Of a stretch of DNA of 64,000 nt, positions 13,193 to 26,516 are shown piece by piece; position 1 is the first letter of the stretch; each line of letters starts with the position of its first letter. A program made the position numbers and the translations under genes. Below the pieces are notes generated by a model, which made no database searches, had not been told where the DNA came from, and saw only the letters and a program-made list of their open reading frames with translations. Source of the stretch: Octopus vulgaris (taxonomy: Eukaryota); NCBI GenBank assembly GCA_951406725.2, contig OX597817.1:97402001-97466000 (forward strand), given 5' to 3'.

Positions 13193-13245
<53 letters not shown>

Positions 13246-13248
<3 letters not shown>

Positions 13249-13641
13249 TTTACTCTCTTTTACTTGTTTCAGTCATTTGACTGCGGCCATGCTGGAGCAC
13301 GACCTTTAGTCGAAAACATCGATCCCGGGACTTATTCTTTGTAAGCCTAGTACTTATTCTATCGGTCTCTTTTGCCAAACCGATAAGTGACGGGGACATA
13401 AACACACCAGCATCGGTTGTCAAGCAATGCTAGGTGGACAAACACAGACACACAAACACACACACACATATATATATACGACGGGCTTCTTTCAATTTCC
13501 ATCTACCAAATCCCCTCACAAGGCTTTGGTCGGCCCGAGGCTATAGTAGAAAACATTTGCCCAAGGTGCCACGCAGTGGGACTGAACCTGGAACCATGTG
13601 GTTGGTAAGCAAGCTACTTACCACACAGCCACTGCTGCGCC
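13246..13641 (-). mobile_element. tRNA-derived SINE (family A)
   Basis: Co-linear with 3006-3398 and 30722-31114. Confidence 0.85.
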
Positions 13642-13661
13642 TATATATATATATATATACA

Positions 13662-13692
<31 letters not shown>

Positions 13693-13703
13693 TATTTATT
13701 TAT

Positions 13704-13799
<96 letters not shown>

Positions 13800-14265
13800 T
13801 GTGTACAGACACACACATATAGATATATTTGTTTTATTGCTTCTGCGTCTGTTCCATCTCAAGAAAAACCCACAGGGTCGGGAAGGTATCTGACCATTCT
13901 TCAGTCAAATCCAATTTTTTTTCTTTAACTTGCTGTGACATGCAAGAAACACTCAATATTTTTCTTTTTCTTTTTTTTTATTATCTTTCTCTTTGGTATA
14001 CTATGTCGATTCATAGGTAATGCCCAAAAATTTAACGAAAAATATCTGTAAGTGAAAATATCGTGCTAGCAATAAAGCATTAATGTAACTGCCTGAGAAA
14101 GCACACACATGTAATGGAGGCAAAATCAAGACTCATAGGTATTATAGATAATCTTTAATAATATCCTATGAATACGAAAATGTCCAAATGTGGGATGCAG
14201 AGACATATGTCGCGATACATTGATAAAATCTAAAAATTTTCATTCACAAGTCATCTCTGTTATTA

Positions 14266-14343
<78 letters not shown>

Positions 14344-15110
14344 GCGTGTGTGTATGTACATATGCATATATATTTACATGTGTATACATCTACATGCATA
14401 TATAGGTCTGCATATGCTACTATATATATATGCGTGCATAAGTTTAAAAAAGATTCAGGTAAAAGCCTTGTGGTATGTTATGCAAAGCCCATCTACAATT
14501 ATTGAATACCGGATGTCATCATAGAGTGGAAGTGCTCTTTCTACTGGATATACATTAGGAATTCTATAGCTTATGTAGATGAGTGAAATATCTATGATCT
14601 AATCTATCAATCACCCGAAGAAGCGCATTTTACACCTTTGATGGATGATAGTGGTTACGCAATATGTTAATTATATCACCTCACCAATATACTATGAGTG
14701 TAAAAATATATCGAAACAATTGTAGTGGTTTAAAATAATGTCGTTCAAAATATTTTCTATTATTTATGTTTGCGCGAGTGTGTGTGTGTGTGTGTGTGCA
14801 GGTGAGGTGCATATAAGGTTGCGTATATGCGTTTAACTACTAGTGGGCTGTGTTTTGCCGAGATAATGGAGATAATGAACTTCAAAGATAATACTGATGA
14901 AGTTATAATGTGATGCAGACATAAGTCGGGAGAGATATTCTTATATAACAACTAATAATTCAATTGATTAGCAATAGTTTAACTTTTATTCTAACGGTTA
15001 TATGAATATTTAAAATGCGGATTTATCACACATATCCTCCAGTTTATACACAATACACACATTTAATTAGATTTTTATAAATGTTTTTTTTTCGATTTTT
15101 CATATATACA

Positions 15111-15657
15111 TCTAATATAATAAATGCGAAAACTAATTTCTGTGTGTCAGTGTGTCACACTTTTTCAACTTTACTCCTAGAGGCTGTAGCCCAACATATC
15201 ATGCCATTTTGAAATCAGGCTGACTCTGTGAGTAAATTAAAAACATTCCGGGCCGAATCCGGACCCACAATCCTGAAATTTTGAATTCCCAAGTTTTCAT
15301 TACTGTGATTATTTTCGGCGATTTTTTTACGTGGCTTTTTGCGACAATTTTTTTGTACGATAACAGGCTAACTCCATGAATAAATTTAAAAAATTCCAGG
15401 CCGAATCCGGACCTGCAATTCTGAAGTTTTGGTTTCCTATGTTTTCATTACTGCGATTGTTTTCGGCGATTTTTTTTTTACTTTTTTTTTTTGCGATGAA
15501 TGTGATCATCATTGGGATATGACTCTGGAGGAAGCAATTGCAGCATATTCTCCGAAACAAGTCAGAGATCTGTTTGCAGATCTTCCCATTCGGGGTCAGT
15601 TGCTTAAAAGCTATATACTAGCTTAAAAGCCGCCTTGTCGGGCGGTTTTTAAGCTAC
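15111..15657 (+). mobile_element. Non-autonomous Helitron derivative with a RepHel fragment
   Basis: a|TCTAATATAATAAATGCGAAA 5' end; internal ~120-bp duplication; peptide DHHWDMTLEEAIAAYSPKQVRDLFA resembles Helitron RepHel; 3' GC hairpin GCCGCC..GGGCGG followed by CTAC (CTAG-like). Confidence 0.6.
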
Positions 15658-16814
15658 TTTTATATATTCTTCATATCCTTGTATTGGATATATAATACAA
15701 TGAAGCAGGAGGGAAAGAAAGTATTTGCACGATGCACTACTATTACTATTACACGAGACTCAGCGCTGTATATCAACGGCTCACAGTGAATTGCTTACCA
15801 AGCCCAAACTGCCAATCGCTACAATTCTTTTACTTTATAACAATGAGACAGTCCACATGCAGTCACTTGGCGGGTTGGAATCCTTCCACATCTCTTTTTA
15901 GAATCAGTCACCCCTCACTCTGCTCCAAGTTTTAATATCACTTATGCTTACGGTTCAATTCTAGTGTTTTCGTTCTTCTCTATTTTCTGGTGCTTGAAAC
16001 GTGTAGTTTCAAATTGCTTGGTGGTGGTACCTCAAACGTGTCGTACAATATTTCCATGGGGATTTCATTTCTCGTGACTGTTTTTTCCGTGAATCTGCTT
16101 TTTTAATTTGGTTAGTATGTCTTTTATGTTCGACATATATTCTTTTACCAGGAATAACATTCTTCCACTCTGTTTAATAATTTACACCGTCCTCCCAGCT
16201 TTCTTTACCATAATCTATAGGTTTAAAAAAATCTGTCATCGAACTTGAAGAATTTTGAAGTTTGCTTTTTTTCACTGGATATCAGCTTATCAAAAATAGG
16301 TCTGACCTTTCTAGCACTCCGACTCTTTGTGCATACATCAACACATTGTCACACAGCGAGAAATGTTTCGCATTTGTGTTGCGCATATTTTTTATCGCTT
16401 ATAGCCTTCAGTATTTCCTTCATATTTATAATGAATTTATCGTTTTCCGATTTTAATCTTATGTCTTGTACAGTAACTGGCAGTTCACTAATGACGTTAC
16501 ACAAAACATTTTAAAATTCATTTTCCGCTCGCAAAGTGGCAATCATGGTATCTTCAAATAGTTCCACATTTTTCGAAGTCAGTCTTGACAGACAATCCGC
16601 ATGACCCAATTTCTTGAAATCATAGTTTAATAATATCGTGCCCCGGCGTTGAAACCTATTAGCAGTATGGGTAGGAATTCCTTTTTTCGACTTAAATATC
16701 GATAATCATGGACGCTGATTAGTCTGTAGGCGAAAACTTTTACCGTGTAAAATTTTTTCTCGGCAAAAATAATCGCTAGATCTTCTTTTTCGATTTGACT
16801 ATAATTTTTTTCTG

Positions 16815-17199
16815 TGGAGGCGCAATGACCCAGTGATTAGGGCAGCGGACTCGCGGTCATAGGATCGCGGTTTCGATTCCCAGACCGGGCGTTGTGAGTG
16901 TTTATTGAGCGAAAACATCTAAAGCTCCACGAGGCTCTGGCGGGGGGTGGTGGTGATCCCTGCTGTACTCTTTCACCACAACTTTCTCTCACTCTTTCTT
17001 CCTGTTTCTCTTGTACCTGTATTTCAAAGGGCCGGCCTTGTCACTCTCTGTGTCACGCTGAATATCCCCGAGAACTACGTTAAGGGTACACGTGTCTGTG
17101 GAGTGCTCAGCCACTTACACGTTAATTTCACGAGCAGGCTGTTCCGTTGATTCGGATCAACCGGAACCCTCATCGTCGTAACCGACGGAGTGCTTCCAA
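16815..17199 (+). mobile_element. tRNA-derived SINE (head C, tail X) nested in Gypsy RNase H
   Basis: A and B boxes; imperfect ~14-bp TSD ATAATTTTT(T/C)TCTG at 16801 and ~17204. Confidence 0.85.
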
Positions 17200-19347
17200 T
17201 ACAATAATTTTTCTCTGCTGGTGAACCATGAACCACCGCCTTCATATTACCATCTTTATATTTATGTAGCATTACTGCTCCTATACAGTACTCAGAAGCA
17301 TCAGAAGCTACAACAATCTCTACTGCAGGATCGAAGTATACTGGCGACAAATCAGATATAAATAATTTTTTATTTCGTCAAACGCCTTTTGGCAGTTTTC
17401 CGACCAATTCTAATTCACCACTTTTTAAAGCAGATAATTCAGTAGAACTCTCACCTTATGCACATTTGGAACATACTTTTGATAATGATTTGCCAATCCT
17501 AAAAATGCTTGTATGTTCGCTATATTTGTCGCAGGTATATTGTGTCTGCCCTCGACGGGTCCGTTCAACGTCCATTTCTGTCAATGATTTGTCCTAAATA
17601 TCTTATTTTCGGTAAGAAAAATCCACACTTTTCATCACTCAAAATAAAGCTGTAATCCCTAATTTTTTTGAACACATATTGACACCTGGATTCGCTTTTA
17701 ATGAGTATATCATCCAGTTATGGAATTGCGAATTCACAGTTCGCTAACATTGCAACCACAATTTGATGAAAAATCGTTGGTGCGACTTTTAAGTCAAATG
17801 GTAACCTGTTGCATTTATACAGTTCTTTATGTGTGTTAATTGTTAAGTATTTAGAGAATTCATCGTCTACCCTAATTTGTAGGTTCGCGTCAGAGAGATC
17901 CAATTTAGAAAATATCTTGCAACCGTTTAATTTCGCAAAAATATCCTCCGGAGTAGGCAGCGGATAGAGGCACGTTTTAAGACATTCGTTTAAACCAGTG
18001 GAAAAAATCAGTACACACTCTGATTTTATTCTTGTTCTTGATGTACACAGTTGGTGATGCCCATTGACTATATTTCACTTCTTGGATAGCACTAATTTTC
18101 TCTAGTCTCTCTAACTCTACGTTTATCTGTTCTTTTTTTTTAAATACTGGTATGGTGTTCTCTTTTATCTGAAACCTCGCCTTCGTTTTGGTACACAGAC
18201 CTAGTTTTATCAGCCAGAACTCCAGGAAAATACTTTTTTTTTCAATTCGTCTTACGATTTATTTGTACTAGAGGAAAAACCATTCACATTTTTACCGAAA
18301 AGATTTGTGGGAAGGCCGCATAAATTAAATAATTCCATCCAGTCAGTACCGAATAAGTTTGCTGTATTTACTTTAGCTTTTAAAGTTTTCTCATGAAATG
18401 TAATATTACTTATCAATTCGCCCTTAAGATATAATATTTTTCCTGAAATAGGCAATTTTCGAAGTTTCATTTAATTAAGGTCTCTCGATTTTTCCCCGTG
18501 TATCTGTGTTAATTATTGAGATATCGCAGCCTGTATCCAATTGTAACTTTATGTTTGTGTTATTAATTTTTAGAAACACACATTTCATTTGAGGCTCATT
18601 CGTATTTTTTGTCAAGGATAATCAGTTTACGCGATTTTTTGTGTTGGACCGTTTTTAGGTTCTGTCCTACAGTGCAACTTTTTATGGCCCATTTTACCAC
18701 ACATGAAGCATTTTATATTTTTAAACGAACAGTTATTTTTGAAATGTAGACCACCGCACCCATAACTTGAATTCGGTCTAAACATTTTTCTCATTTTTCT
18801 TATTCGTTACCGGTCGACATGCTTGAATCTAAGAGCAATCTTGCTGTTCAGTTTTATTTGCGTCATGTCTTAGATTAATAATCCCCTGACATTCTTCTGC
18901 TACTGCCTGCAGTGTTAAATTTGGGTTCTGTTCTAATTTTGTTAATATCCGGGATCGTATATCTGCATCTTTGCTTGCAGTAAGCCCTTGAACAAAAATT
19001 AAACACTTTGACATGTCCGGAGTTAACTCATTCAGTTTGAATGTCTCAAACTCTCTGTTAACCACTCCGGCATGGGTAACGAAATGTTCATCATCTTTTT
19101 TGACCAAATTTAAACACTGCCAGCGAATTTCTTTCGCTGAAAATTTTCAATAAAATATTAATTGTTTCATCGAAACAAATCTCACCTGGTTTCTTCGGTA
19201 GAATATAATTACTATATTTTTCGTGTTCGGTAGGGGATAGCTTTCTTAAAAGTAGTCGTACTTTTTTCTTGTCGGACCAACTTTTACACTCTTCTTTGAA
19301 GATTTCTTCGTATCTACGAAAATATGCAGAGAAGGTAATACTTTCAA

Positions 19348-19730
19348 GGCGGCGAGCTGGCGGAACCGTTAGCACGCCGAGAGAAATGCTTAGCGGTATT
19401 TCATTTGCCGTTACATTCTGAGTTCAAATTCAGCCAAGGTCGACTTTGTCTTTCATCCTTTCGGGGTCGATAAATTAAGTACCAGTTACGCACTGGAGTC
19501 GATGTAATCGACTTAATACCTATATCTGTCCTTGTTTGTCCCCTCTATGTGGGTAATAAATAAATAGGTATTTCGCTTGCCGTTGCATTCTGAGTTCAAA
19601 TTCAGCTAAGGTCGACTTTGCCTTTCATCCTTTCGGGGTCGATAAATTAAGTACCAGTTGCGTACTGGGTCGATCTAATCGACTCTCCCACCAAAAAAAA
19701 AAAATTCTGGCCTTGTGCCTATAGTAGAAA
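19348..19730 (+). mobile_element. Dimeric family B SINE nested in Gypsy gag
   Basis: Two tandem copies of the GGTATTTC..GAGTTCAAATTC..GTACCAGTT body; imperfect 16-bp TSD AGAAGGTAAT(A/C)C(T/C)TTC at 19330 and 19731; splits gag between NPEEGI and ITFSAYFRRY. Confidence 0.85.
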
Positions 19731-21010
19731 AGAAGGTAATCCCTTCTTCTGGGTTATAGCTGAATTTTTCAACTAAGTCTGCTACGCTGTCTGGCGAGTA
19801 CGATCCTGAAGTATTTTCAGAATTCTTCAACATTAATTCCAGCAACTATTTATTTTGTTGTTGCTGCTGCTACTGCTTTAGGTGCTGCTGTTGTAGTTAC
19901 TGTTGTTGTTGCTGCTGTTGCTGTTGCAACTGCACCATGGAGGCCATTAAGTTCTCCATATCAAACGATTTTTTCTTTGATTTCGTAGCCCCACCAAAAA
20001 AAATTTAACGTCTGACGCAAGCTTCGAACAACACGTTACCATTTTAATATCTTTGTATGCTGGATATATAATATCATAAAGCAGGAGGGAAACAAAGTAT
20101 TAACACGACGTACTACTATTACACGAGACTCAACGCTCTACATCAACGGCTGACAGTGAATTGTTTACCAACCCCGAACTGCCAATCGCTCACTGTCCTT
20201 TACTTTATAACAATGAGACAGTCCACTTTCAGTCACTTGGGGTGGGGTCGAAATCCTTCCACAACTATATTATATGTGCATACGTATGTGTAAGGGAAAG
20301 GGGTACATAAGCCATTGTATGACGATGATGTGGACGAATAAAGTATATCTGCTAACAGATCTTCTCTGACTGGATTAATACAGGTAACTGTCGATAATTA
20401 TGAATCATAATTAACCAGAAGCTTATTAACTGCATGTCAAAGAACCCTTTGTTGATAAATATCTACGCTCTAATACTGGCAGCTGATTACCAATCTCATT
20501 TCCAAAGAATGAACTTATGATGCTGTAATAACACTAACTGATTGGTCGAGTTCCTAATTAAACCTCATCCTAGAATTGATATGGTTATGATGAACACCAC
20601 CTGACATTTCAAGAGATCAATTTCAATGCAAACTGATTTTTTCTTCCGAGAGTTCACCAATGCCTGATAAAATAGCAGATAATGCATTGTGTGCAAATAA
20701 ATTGCCATGCTACTGAAATATTTATAGCATTAATTGAATGGCTCAACGTCTCGTCAACTTCACTTATTTTATTTCTTTATCACGTGACATGTGCAGCTAA
20801 TGTTTAGAGATTGGAGTTGCAGAGTATCTAATTAAGTCAAGATTGCGTCGATTACGCAATTGATTGGATGATAAACTAAGAATATTCATCAGTATTTGTA
20901 CATAATAGCCTCCAAGCCAATACATGCTTTAGGCTACGGAATTGATAACTACGATGATTAAGTTCTAAACGTCTAATACACACACACACGCACACACAAA
21001 CACACATATA

Positions 21011-21755
21011 CAGTAATAACTCGATATACGTGTTAATTTGTTCCAGCGGACCGCTCGTTAAGCGAAAACTCGTAAAAGAGGACAATAATTTCCCATAGCA
21101 GCAATGTCATAAATCGTAATTCGTTCTCAGAGAAATGTTTTACCTATAAAAAATTTATAATACTCGTGAATATATGGAAATAAAACAACAATAGAATGTA
21201 TAGAATATTTTATGTAAAACAAAAGGAATGTCAAGATCATTTATAATAAAAAATAGTATTATTATAATCGTTTTCTGAATCCCTTTCACTCGCACTCACC
21301 ATCACATGTAGACGCAATTGCTGATTCACAAGCACTCGTAGACGGTCTTGTTGATTTCTTTTAAAATAACAAGTTTAAAGTGTGATGGATTTTCGTTTCT
21401 TATTGTTCCCGTGGGGTCCGTTGAACAATTTCGTTTAGACATATTGGGTGGGTTTTAAAAATGCCGAAAAAATAGTATAAATATACGTATACAATATAAA
21501 CTCTGTGGCACATAGAATTAGCATATAATAATCTCTCTCAACAAAGCGCAAACTAAGTCATTCAAATTTTATACCGTTACTTTACTCCGTCGTTATATGC
21601 ATCTGTATAGACGCGTCAGAACCAGAGTTGTCACATGTTACGACGTTGCCGCACACACACAATATGGCTGTTTAACCTTTTTATATTTATTATAAAATAA
21701 AACTCGTAAAGTCAGGGTCCCGTAAAACGAGTCCTCGTATAGTGAGGTATTACTG
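21011..21755. mobile_element. Tc1/pogo (Tigger-like) MITE
   Basis: TA|CAGTAATAACTCGATATACG ... CGTATAGTGAGGTATTACTG|TA: terminal inverted repeats with a TA duplication; no ORF. Confidence 0.75.
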
Positions 21756-21857
21756 TACCTGTACACACGCATACACACACGTGTGAACTCATAGATGAGA
21801 ACTTATACATGCACTTATATTTAAATACATATACATGCATATAAGTTTATATACATG

Positions 21858-22224
21858 TGTAAGAGTTAGCACTTCCTTCTCTAAGCTTGGATTCGAAATC
21901 GAATCCAAGAATCATCGGTCGTCAAATACCAATGCATGCAAAGGCGCGAAATTAAGATTCCTTTGTTCTGACAAAAAGTGATTGATCGTCTCCCTTTGAC
22001 CTCCGACCTGAGCCATGTCAGGCGAAGTTCAAGAGGACGAACGATGACCTACTTAAACAGTAACTGTGTTGCGATATATCTATTTTTCTGGCTATTTGAG
22101 ATTTTATAAATAGAAAGGAAAAAACGGCTACACAGAGACAACCGGAGCTGACGCTAAAGCAGACACTACGCGTTTCGGAGACGACTAGAGAATATGCCTA
22201 CAGGTTACGGTTCTGAATGATTTA

Positions 22225-22258
<34 letters not shown>

Positions 22259-22394
22259 AACATATTCTTCTTTAATATGTATTCTGTACAAGCAATGCGT
22301 AGCATTGCTTACAAAATTTATGTAGTGTAAATAAATCTCTATTTAATCACGAAACAACTTAGGTATTTATTAATACATACACACATCCACTACA
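21858..22394 (+). repeat. 5' LTR
   Basis: TGTAAGAG...CCACTACA, preceded by CATG. Confidence 0.95.
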
Positions 22395-22396
22395 TT

Positions 22397-22407
22397 TGGT
22401 GACCCCG
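22397..22407 (+). promoter_or_regulatory. Primer-binding site, tRNA-Trp
   Basis: TGGTGACCCCG, 2 nt after the LTR, is complementary to the 3' end of eukaryotic tRNA-Trp. Confidence 0.8.
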
Positions 22408-22513
22408 TAAAACGAATTGCGCCTTCCCCGGAACCAGCTTCATCAACCGCGTCGAAGAATTACAGTTTGCACATCACCCGGCAACGAAGCACCTGAAAAT
22501 TCCGACGAAAACA

Positions 22514-23398
22514 ATGGACCTCCCGGAACAGAATCCAGCGGCCAACATCATACCTCCGATCGACATGGCATTCCAAGCGGCGATTTCTTTAAAAATTCCA
22601 CCATTCTGGACCCACGACCTTGCATTATGATTTTACCATATAGAGGCACAGTTTGCCTCTCACAGAATACTGAGCGATGCGTCTCGACTTTCGCATGTTA
22701 TCGGTTCTCTGTCGCCAGAAATAATAAACGTTATCCGTGATTTTATCATGGCACCACCCGGTTCTGTTTCGTACGAAGTTTTTAAAACCACGTTGATAAA
22801 CAGAACCTCCGAATCGCAACATAAAAGACTTCACCAGCTTCTGATATCGGAAGAATTGGGCGACAAAACGCCGTCCCAGCTTCGTAGAATGAAGCAGCTT
22901 CTCGGAGATGAGACGCTCCCAGAAAAAATGTTCAAGCAGCTTTTTCTCCAGCGTCTGCCCTCCAATACCCAGGTTGTTCTCGCGTCTACCAGAGAAAATA
23001 CATCCATTGAAGAACTGGCGGAGCTAGCTGACAAAATAGCCGAAGTACCGCACAAATATCCAACGGTATCGACGGTGACGCCAGCCGCTCCCAGTACCAA
23101 TCCTTTCCATGCACAAACCAGTTCTTCCGAGATTTCGGACTTGCGTGCATTAATGACGCAGCAAGCTGCTCAAATACAGATCCTCACAGCCCAAATACAG
23201 GCCCTAAAGCTTAGTCCCCAGCGTCGAAGCACCAGCCGATCGCGACGAGATGGCAGACAGTCCCGAAGCCTCAGTGTTACCCGCAACTCACATGACACGT
23301 GTTGGTACCACCGAACATTCGGAACACGGGCACAAAAATGAAGGGTACCGTGCTCGTTTTCCCCACCCAGTTCGGGAAATGGCACAGCCAGGAATTGA
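22514..23398 (+). pseudogene. gag: Gypsy gag (two internal stops)
   Basis: MDLPEQNP..KIPPFW..L*FYHIEAQF..LGDKTPSQL..FLQRLP..CWYHRTFG..K*RVPC; in frame with ORF 22748-23341. Confidence 0.88.
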
Positions 23399-26300
23399 AC
23401 GCGACGGAAGTTCCTGGCTCGCACCCACACAGTCGCCTGTTTTTCGTTTGCGATCGGGTAACAGGCACGCGTTTCCTGGTTGACACAGGTGCGGAAGTCA
23501 GCATCATCCCAGTCTCCAACACTTCTGGAAAAAGAAAAGAGACATCAGTCTGTCTTCTGGCAGTCAACCATTCACCCATTCCAACCTACGGTGAACAGTC
23601 CCTAACATTGAACATAGGACTACGCCGCACATTTCAGTGGGTATTCGTCGTCGCTAAACTGCCGACCCCTATCTTAGGAGCCGATTTCCTGCATCATTTC
23701 GGTCTCCTGGTAGACATAAAGAACAGACGACTTGTCGACACCACCACCAAGCTTACTGTGCGCGGTATAGCCGCTCGAATGGACACAGTCAGCCCAACTG
23801 TAATGCTTACAACAACGACTCGTCACAGTTCCATACTGAATGAATATCCAGACGTCGCTCGACCAGTTTTCCACAACCAGCCGATCAAACACGACGTTAC
23901 CCACCACATCAAAACCAACGGTCCACCTGTTGCTGTCAAGCGGAAATTCCAGCGGAAATTCCAGCACATGCTCGACCTCGGAATCATCCGCACTTCCAGC
24001 AGCAACTGGTCCTCGCCGATACACTGCGTCCCAAAAAAATCATCGACTGATTAGTGGGTTTGCGGCGATTATCGATCGCTGAATAAAAGCACTATCAGTG
24101 ATGCCTATCCGGTGCCTTTTCTTCAAGACTTTTCGAGCTCGCTGCCTGGAGCTCGCATCTTTTCCAAAATCGACCTGGTGCGAGCATACAACCAAATCCC
24201 AGTCGAACCTGCGGACATCTCAAAGACAGCAGTTACTACACCTTTCGGAATGTTTGAATTCCTGCGTATGCCTTTCGGTTTACGAAACGCGGCACAGACA
24301 TTCCAAAGGTTTATCGACATGGTGACTAGAGGTTTGCCTTTCGTCTATGCATGCATATACGACATACTCGTGGCCAGTAACTCGGACGAAGAACATAACC
24401 AACACCTCCACCTGCTATTCGAACATCTCCGTCAATTTGGTGTTTTGTTATCAACCCTACTAAATGTTTGTTCGGAGTTGCTTCCCTTCATTTTCTCGGG
24501 CACATTGTCGATAAGAATGGAATTCGTCCCCTTCCCGAGAAGGTCAAGGCCATCGTGGATTTTCCACCACCCACATCTCTCCGCAAATTAAGGGAATATC
24601 TCGGTCTAGCGAATTTCTATCGACGGTTCGTGCCCCACCTCGCTGAAATAGCGCAACTGCTCGCGGATTTGCTACGTCAGCGAACCTGCAAAAATGCAGA
24701 TATAGCTCTAACCGAAGATCAACTCGTTTCTTTCGCTGCCCTGAAAAAAGCGTTATCTAGCGCTACCATGTTGGTTTATCCAAAACCAGACGCTCCACGA
24801 TGTTTACTCGTTGATGCATCCGATTCCGGAATTGGAGGTGTGCTACAACAGCTTGTTGACGGTATATGACAACCGTTGTCTTTCTTTTCTAAGCGGTTAA
24901 AACCCGCGGAAACCAAATACAGCACATTCAGTCGGGAATTATTAGCGGCATACCTGGCCGTTAAGCATTTCCGTCACATGCTAGAAGGTACCAATTTTGC
25001 CATATACACCGACCACAAGCCATTAGTATACGCATTTAACACCAAGCCGGATCGCCACTCGCCGAGAGAAATCCGCCACCTCGACTTCATATCGCAGTAC
25101 ACGACGGATATACGCCACATCAAAGGGACGACCAACTTAGCAGCCGATGCACTTTCACGTGCGCAGATCAATGCTATCCACACCACGTCTACAATTGATC
25201 TGGCACGTATAGCAGCTGACCAGGAGAATGACGAAGAACTTCTAAAGCTCCGGAATTCGTCATCTCTGAAATTTCAGCATGTTCCGCTACCATCATCCAC
25301 GGTCCATATTTGGTGTGATATCTCCACTGGTTACCAACGCCCTTATGTACCACAGAAATATCGTCGAGAAGTTTTCTCCGCTCTACATTCTCTGTCACAT
25401 CCTGGTATTTGCTCCACTCAAAAGCTGATATCGACCCGTTTTGTGTGGACCAGTATCAACAAGGATATCAGAGAATGGACCAAGTGCTGTGTTGCGTGCC
25501 AAAAAGCGAAAATCCACCGGCACATAAAATCACCAATCGGTTCATTTTCGCAACCCGACGCGCGATTTCAGCACGTGCACATAGATATCGTCGGACCCCC
25601 GCCACCTTCGCAGAACTATTCATATTTGCTAACTTGCGTAGATCGTTTTTCGCGATGACCCGAAGCCTGGCCCCTATCTGATATATCAGCAGAAACGGTC
25701 GCCAAAACGCTGATATCACAATGGGTTTCGCGTTTTGGCACACCCGCAACAATCACCACCGACAGAGGACGTCAGTTCGATTCCCACCTTTTCACCGAGC
25801 TGACTCGTCTCCTCGGGTGTAAACACACCCGCACTACGGCTTACCACCCTGCAGCAAATGGCATGGTCTAACGCTTTCACCGCCAACTCAAGGCATCTAT
25901 CAAAGCAGCTCCAGACAGTTCTCACTGGTTGGAACATTTCCCTCTCATCCTCCTTGGAATTCGATCCACGATTAAGGAAGAACTGGGATATACTCCGGCC
26001 GAACTCGTTTATGGCACAGCACTCACCTTACCTGGGCTGATGATCGAACCTGTTTCACAAAACTTTCCTGACTCACAACAATATGTGCACCGATTACGGA
26101 CATCCATGTCGCAGTTATCACCTTCAGGCCCCAGACAACAGAACGTCGTTTCACGTGTCCCAAAAGATATCAACACTTGGACTCATGTCTTCGTGAGGAA
26201 TGATGGGATACCCTCTCAACTTCGACCACCATATTCCGGGCCCTACAAGGTCATCAAAAGAGAACCCAAGTATTTCGTCCTCGATATTGGAAGTAAACGA

Positions 26301-26516
26301 AATACGGTCTCGATTGATCGTTTAAAAAAAGCTTTCATCGAGGAGGACTTACATTCAGTCCCCTCCTTTCCTCGAACAGACTCGGCAACTCCAGCGAACA
26401 CCACAGATTCTGCACAACCCCGACACACCAAATCAGGAAGAACAGTTCGATGGCCAGCAAGGTTTGTGCAAGTTTTTCGGGTAAGTTCTGAACTCCTAAC
26501 TTATCCATCTTCCTAA
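23374..26516 (+). pseudogene. pol: Gypsy pol (protease, RT, RNase H, integrase) with stops and a frameshift
   Basis: FLVDTGAEVS; [12 protein letters not shown]; [14 protein letters not shown]; YIDD degraded to CIYD; VDASD; YTDHKPL; ADALSR; HHCC; VHIDIVGP; GPY motif PYSGPYKV. Confidence 0.92.

Larger units (their letters stand above)
11697..13195 (+). mobile_element. Penelope-like element (Neptune-like, second family), 5'-truncated, with pseudo-LTR
   Basis: KKCNRPNCGTC, HDFICASKNLIYVLKCGGCGGDYIGQT, RDRLTVHRQQI...RYKPQLN (stop at 12348). Homologous to, but diverged from, 7425-8273. Ends in (TA)n. Confidence 0.88.
15673..20263 (-). mobile_element. Old decayed Ty3/Gypsy LTR retrotransposon (Mag/K02A2.6-like)
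   Basis: Diverged ~215-bp direct repeats at 15673-15890 and 20047-20263; PBS-like TGGTAACG; PPT-like AAAAAGAGA; gag (poly-Q, FSAYFRRYEEIF, CxxC knuckles), protease LDTG, RT (DLSDANLQI..RLPFDLKVAPTIFHQ), RNase H (VASDAS); integrase core largely deleted. Confidence 0.85.

Noticed and set aside
16815-16890. tRNA-like sequence with A and B boxes (also 5610-5684 and 27690-27760)
   Set aside because: No complete acceptor stem; continues into SINE bodies, one with a TSD. These are SINE heads, not tRNA genes.
22160-22215. GAAACGCGTA on the minus strand of the 5' LTR, hammerhead-like
   Set aside because: No upstream YUGANRA box or stem I; motif altered in the 3' LTR.
22628-25658. Several in-frame TGA codons in Gypsy gag/pol suggesting recoding, selenocysteine or deaminase hypermutation
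   Set aside because: Mostly Trp codons one transition from a stop, mixed with TAG/TAA stops and a frameshift; ordinary decay is sufficient.
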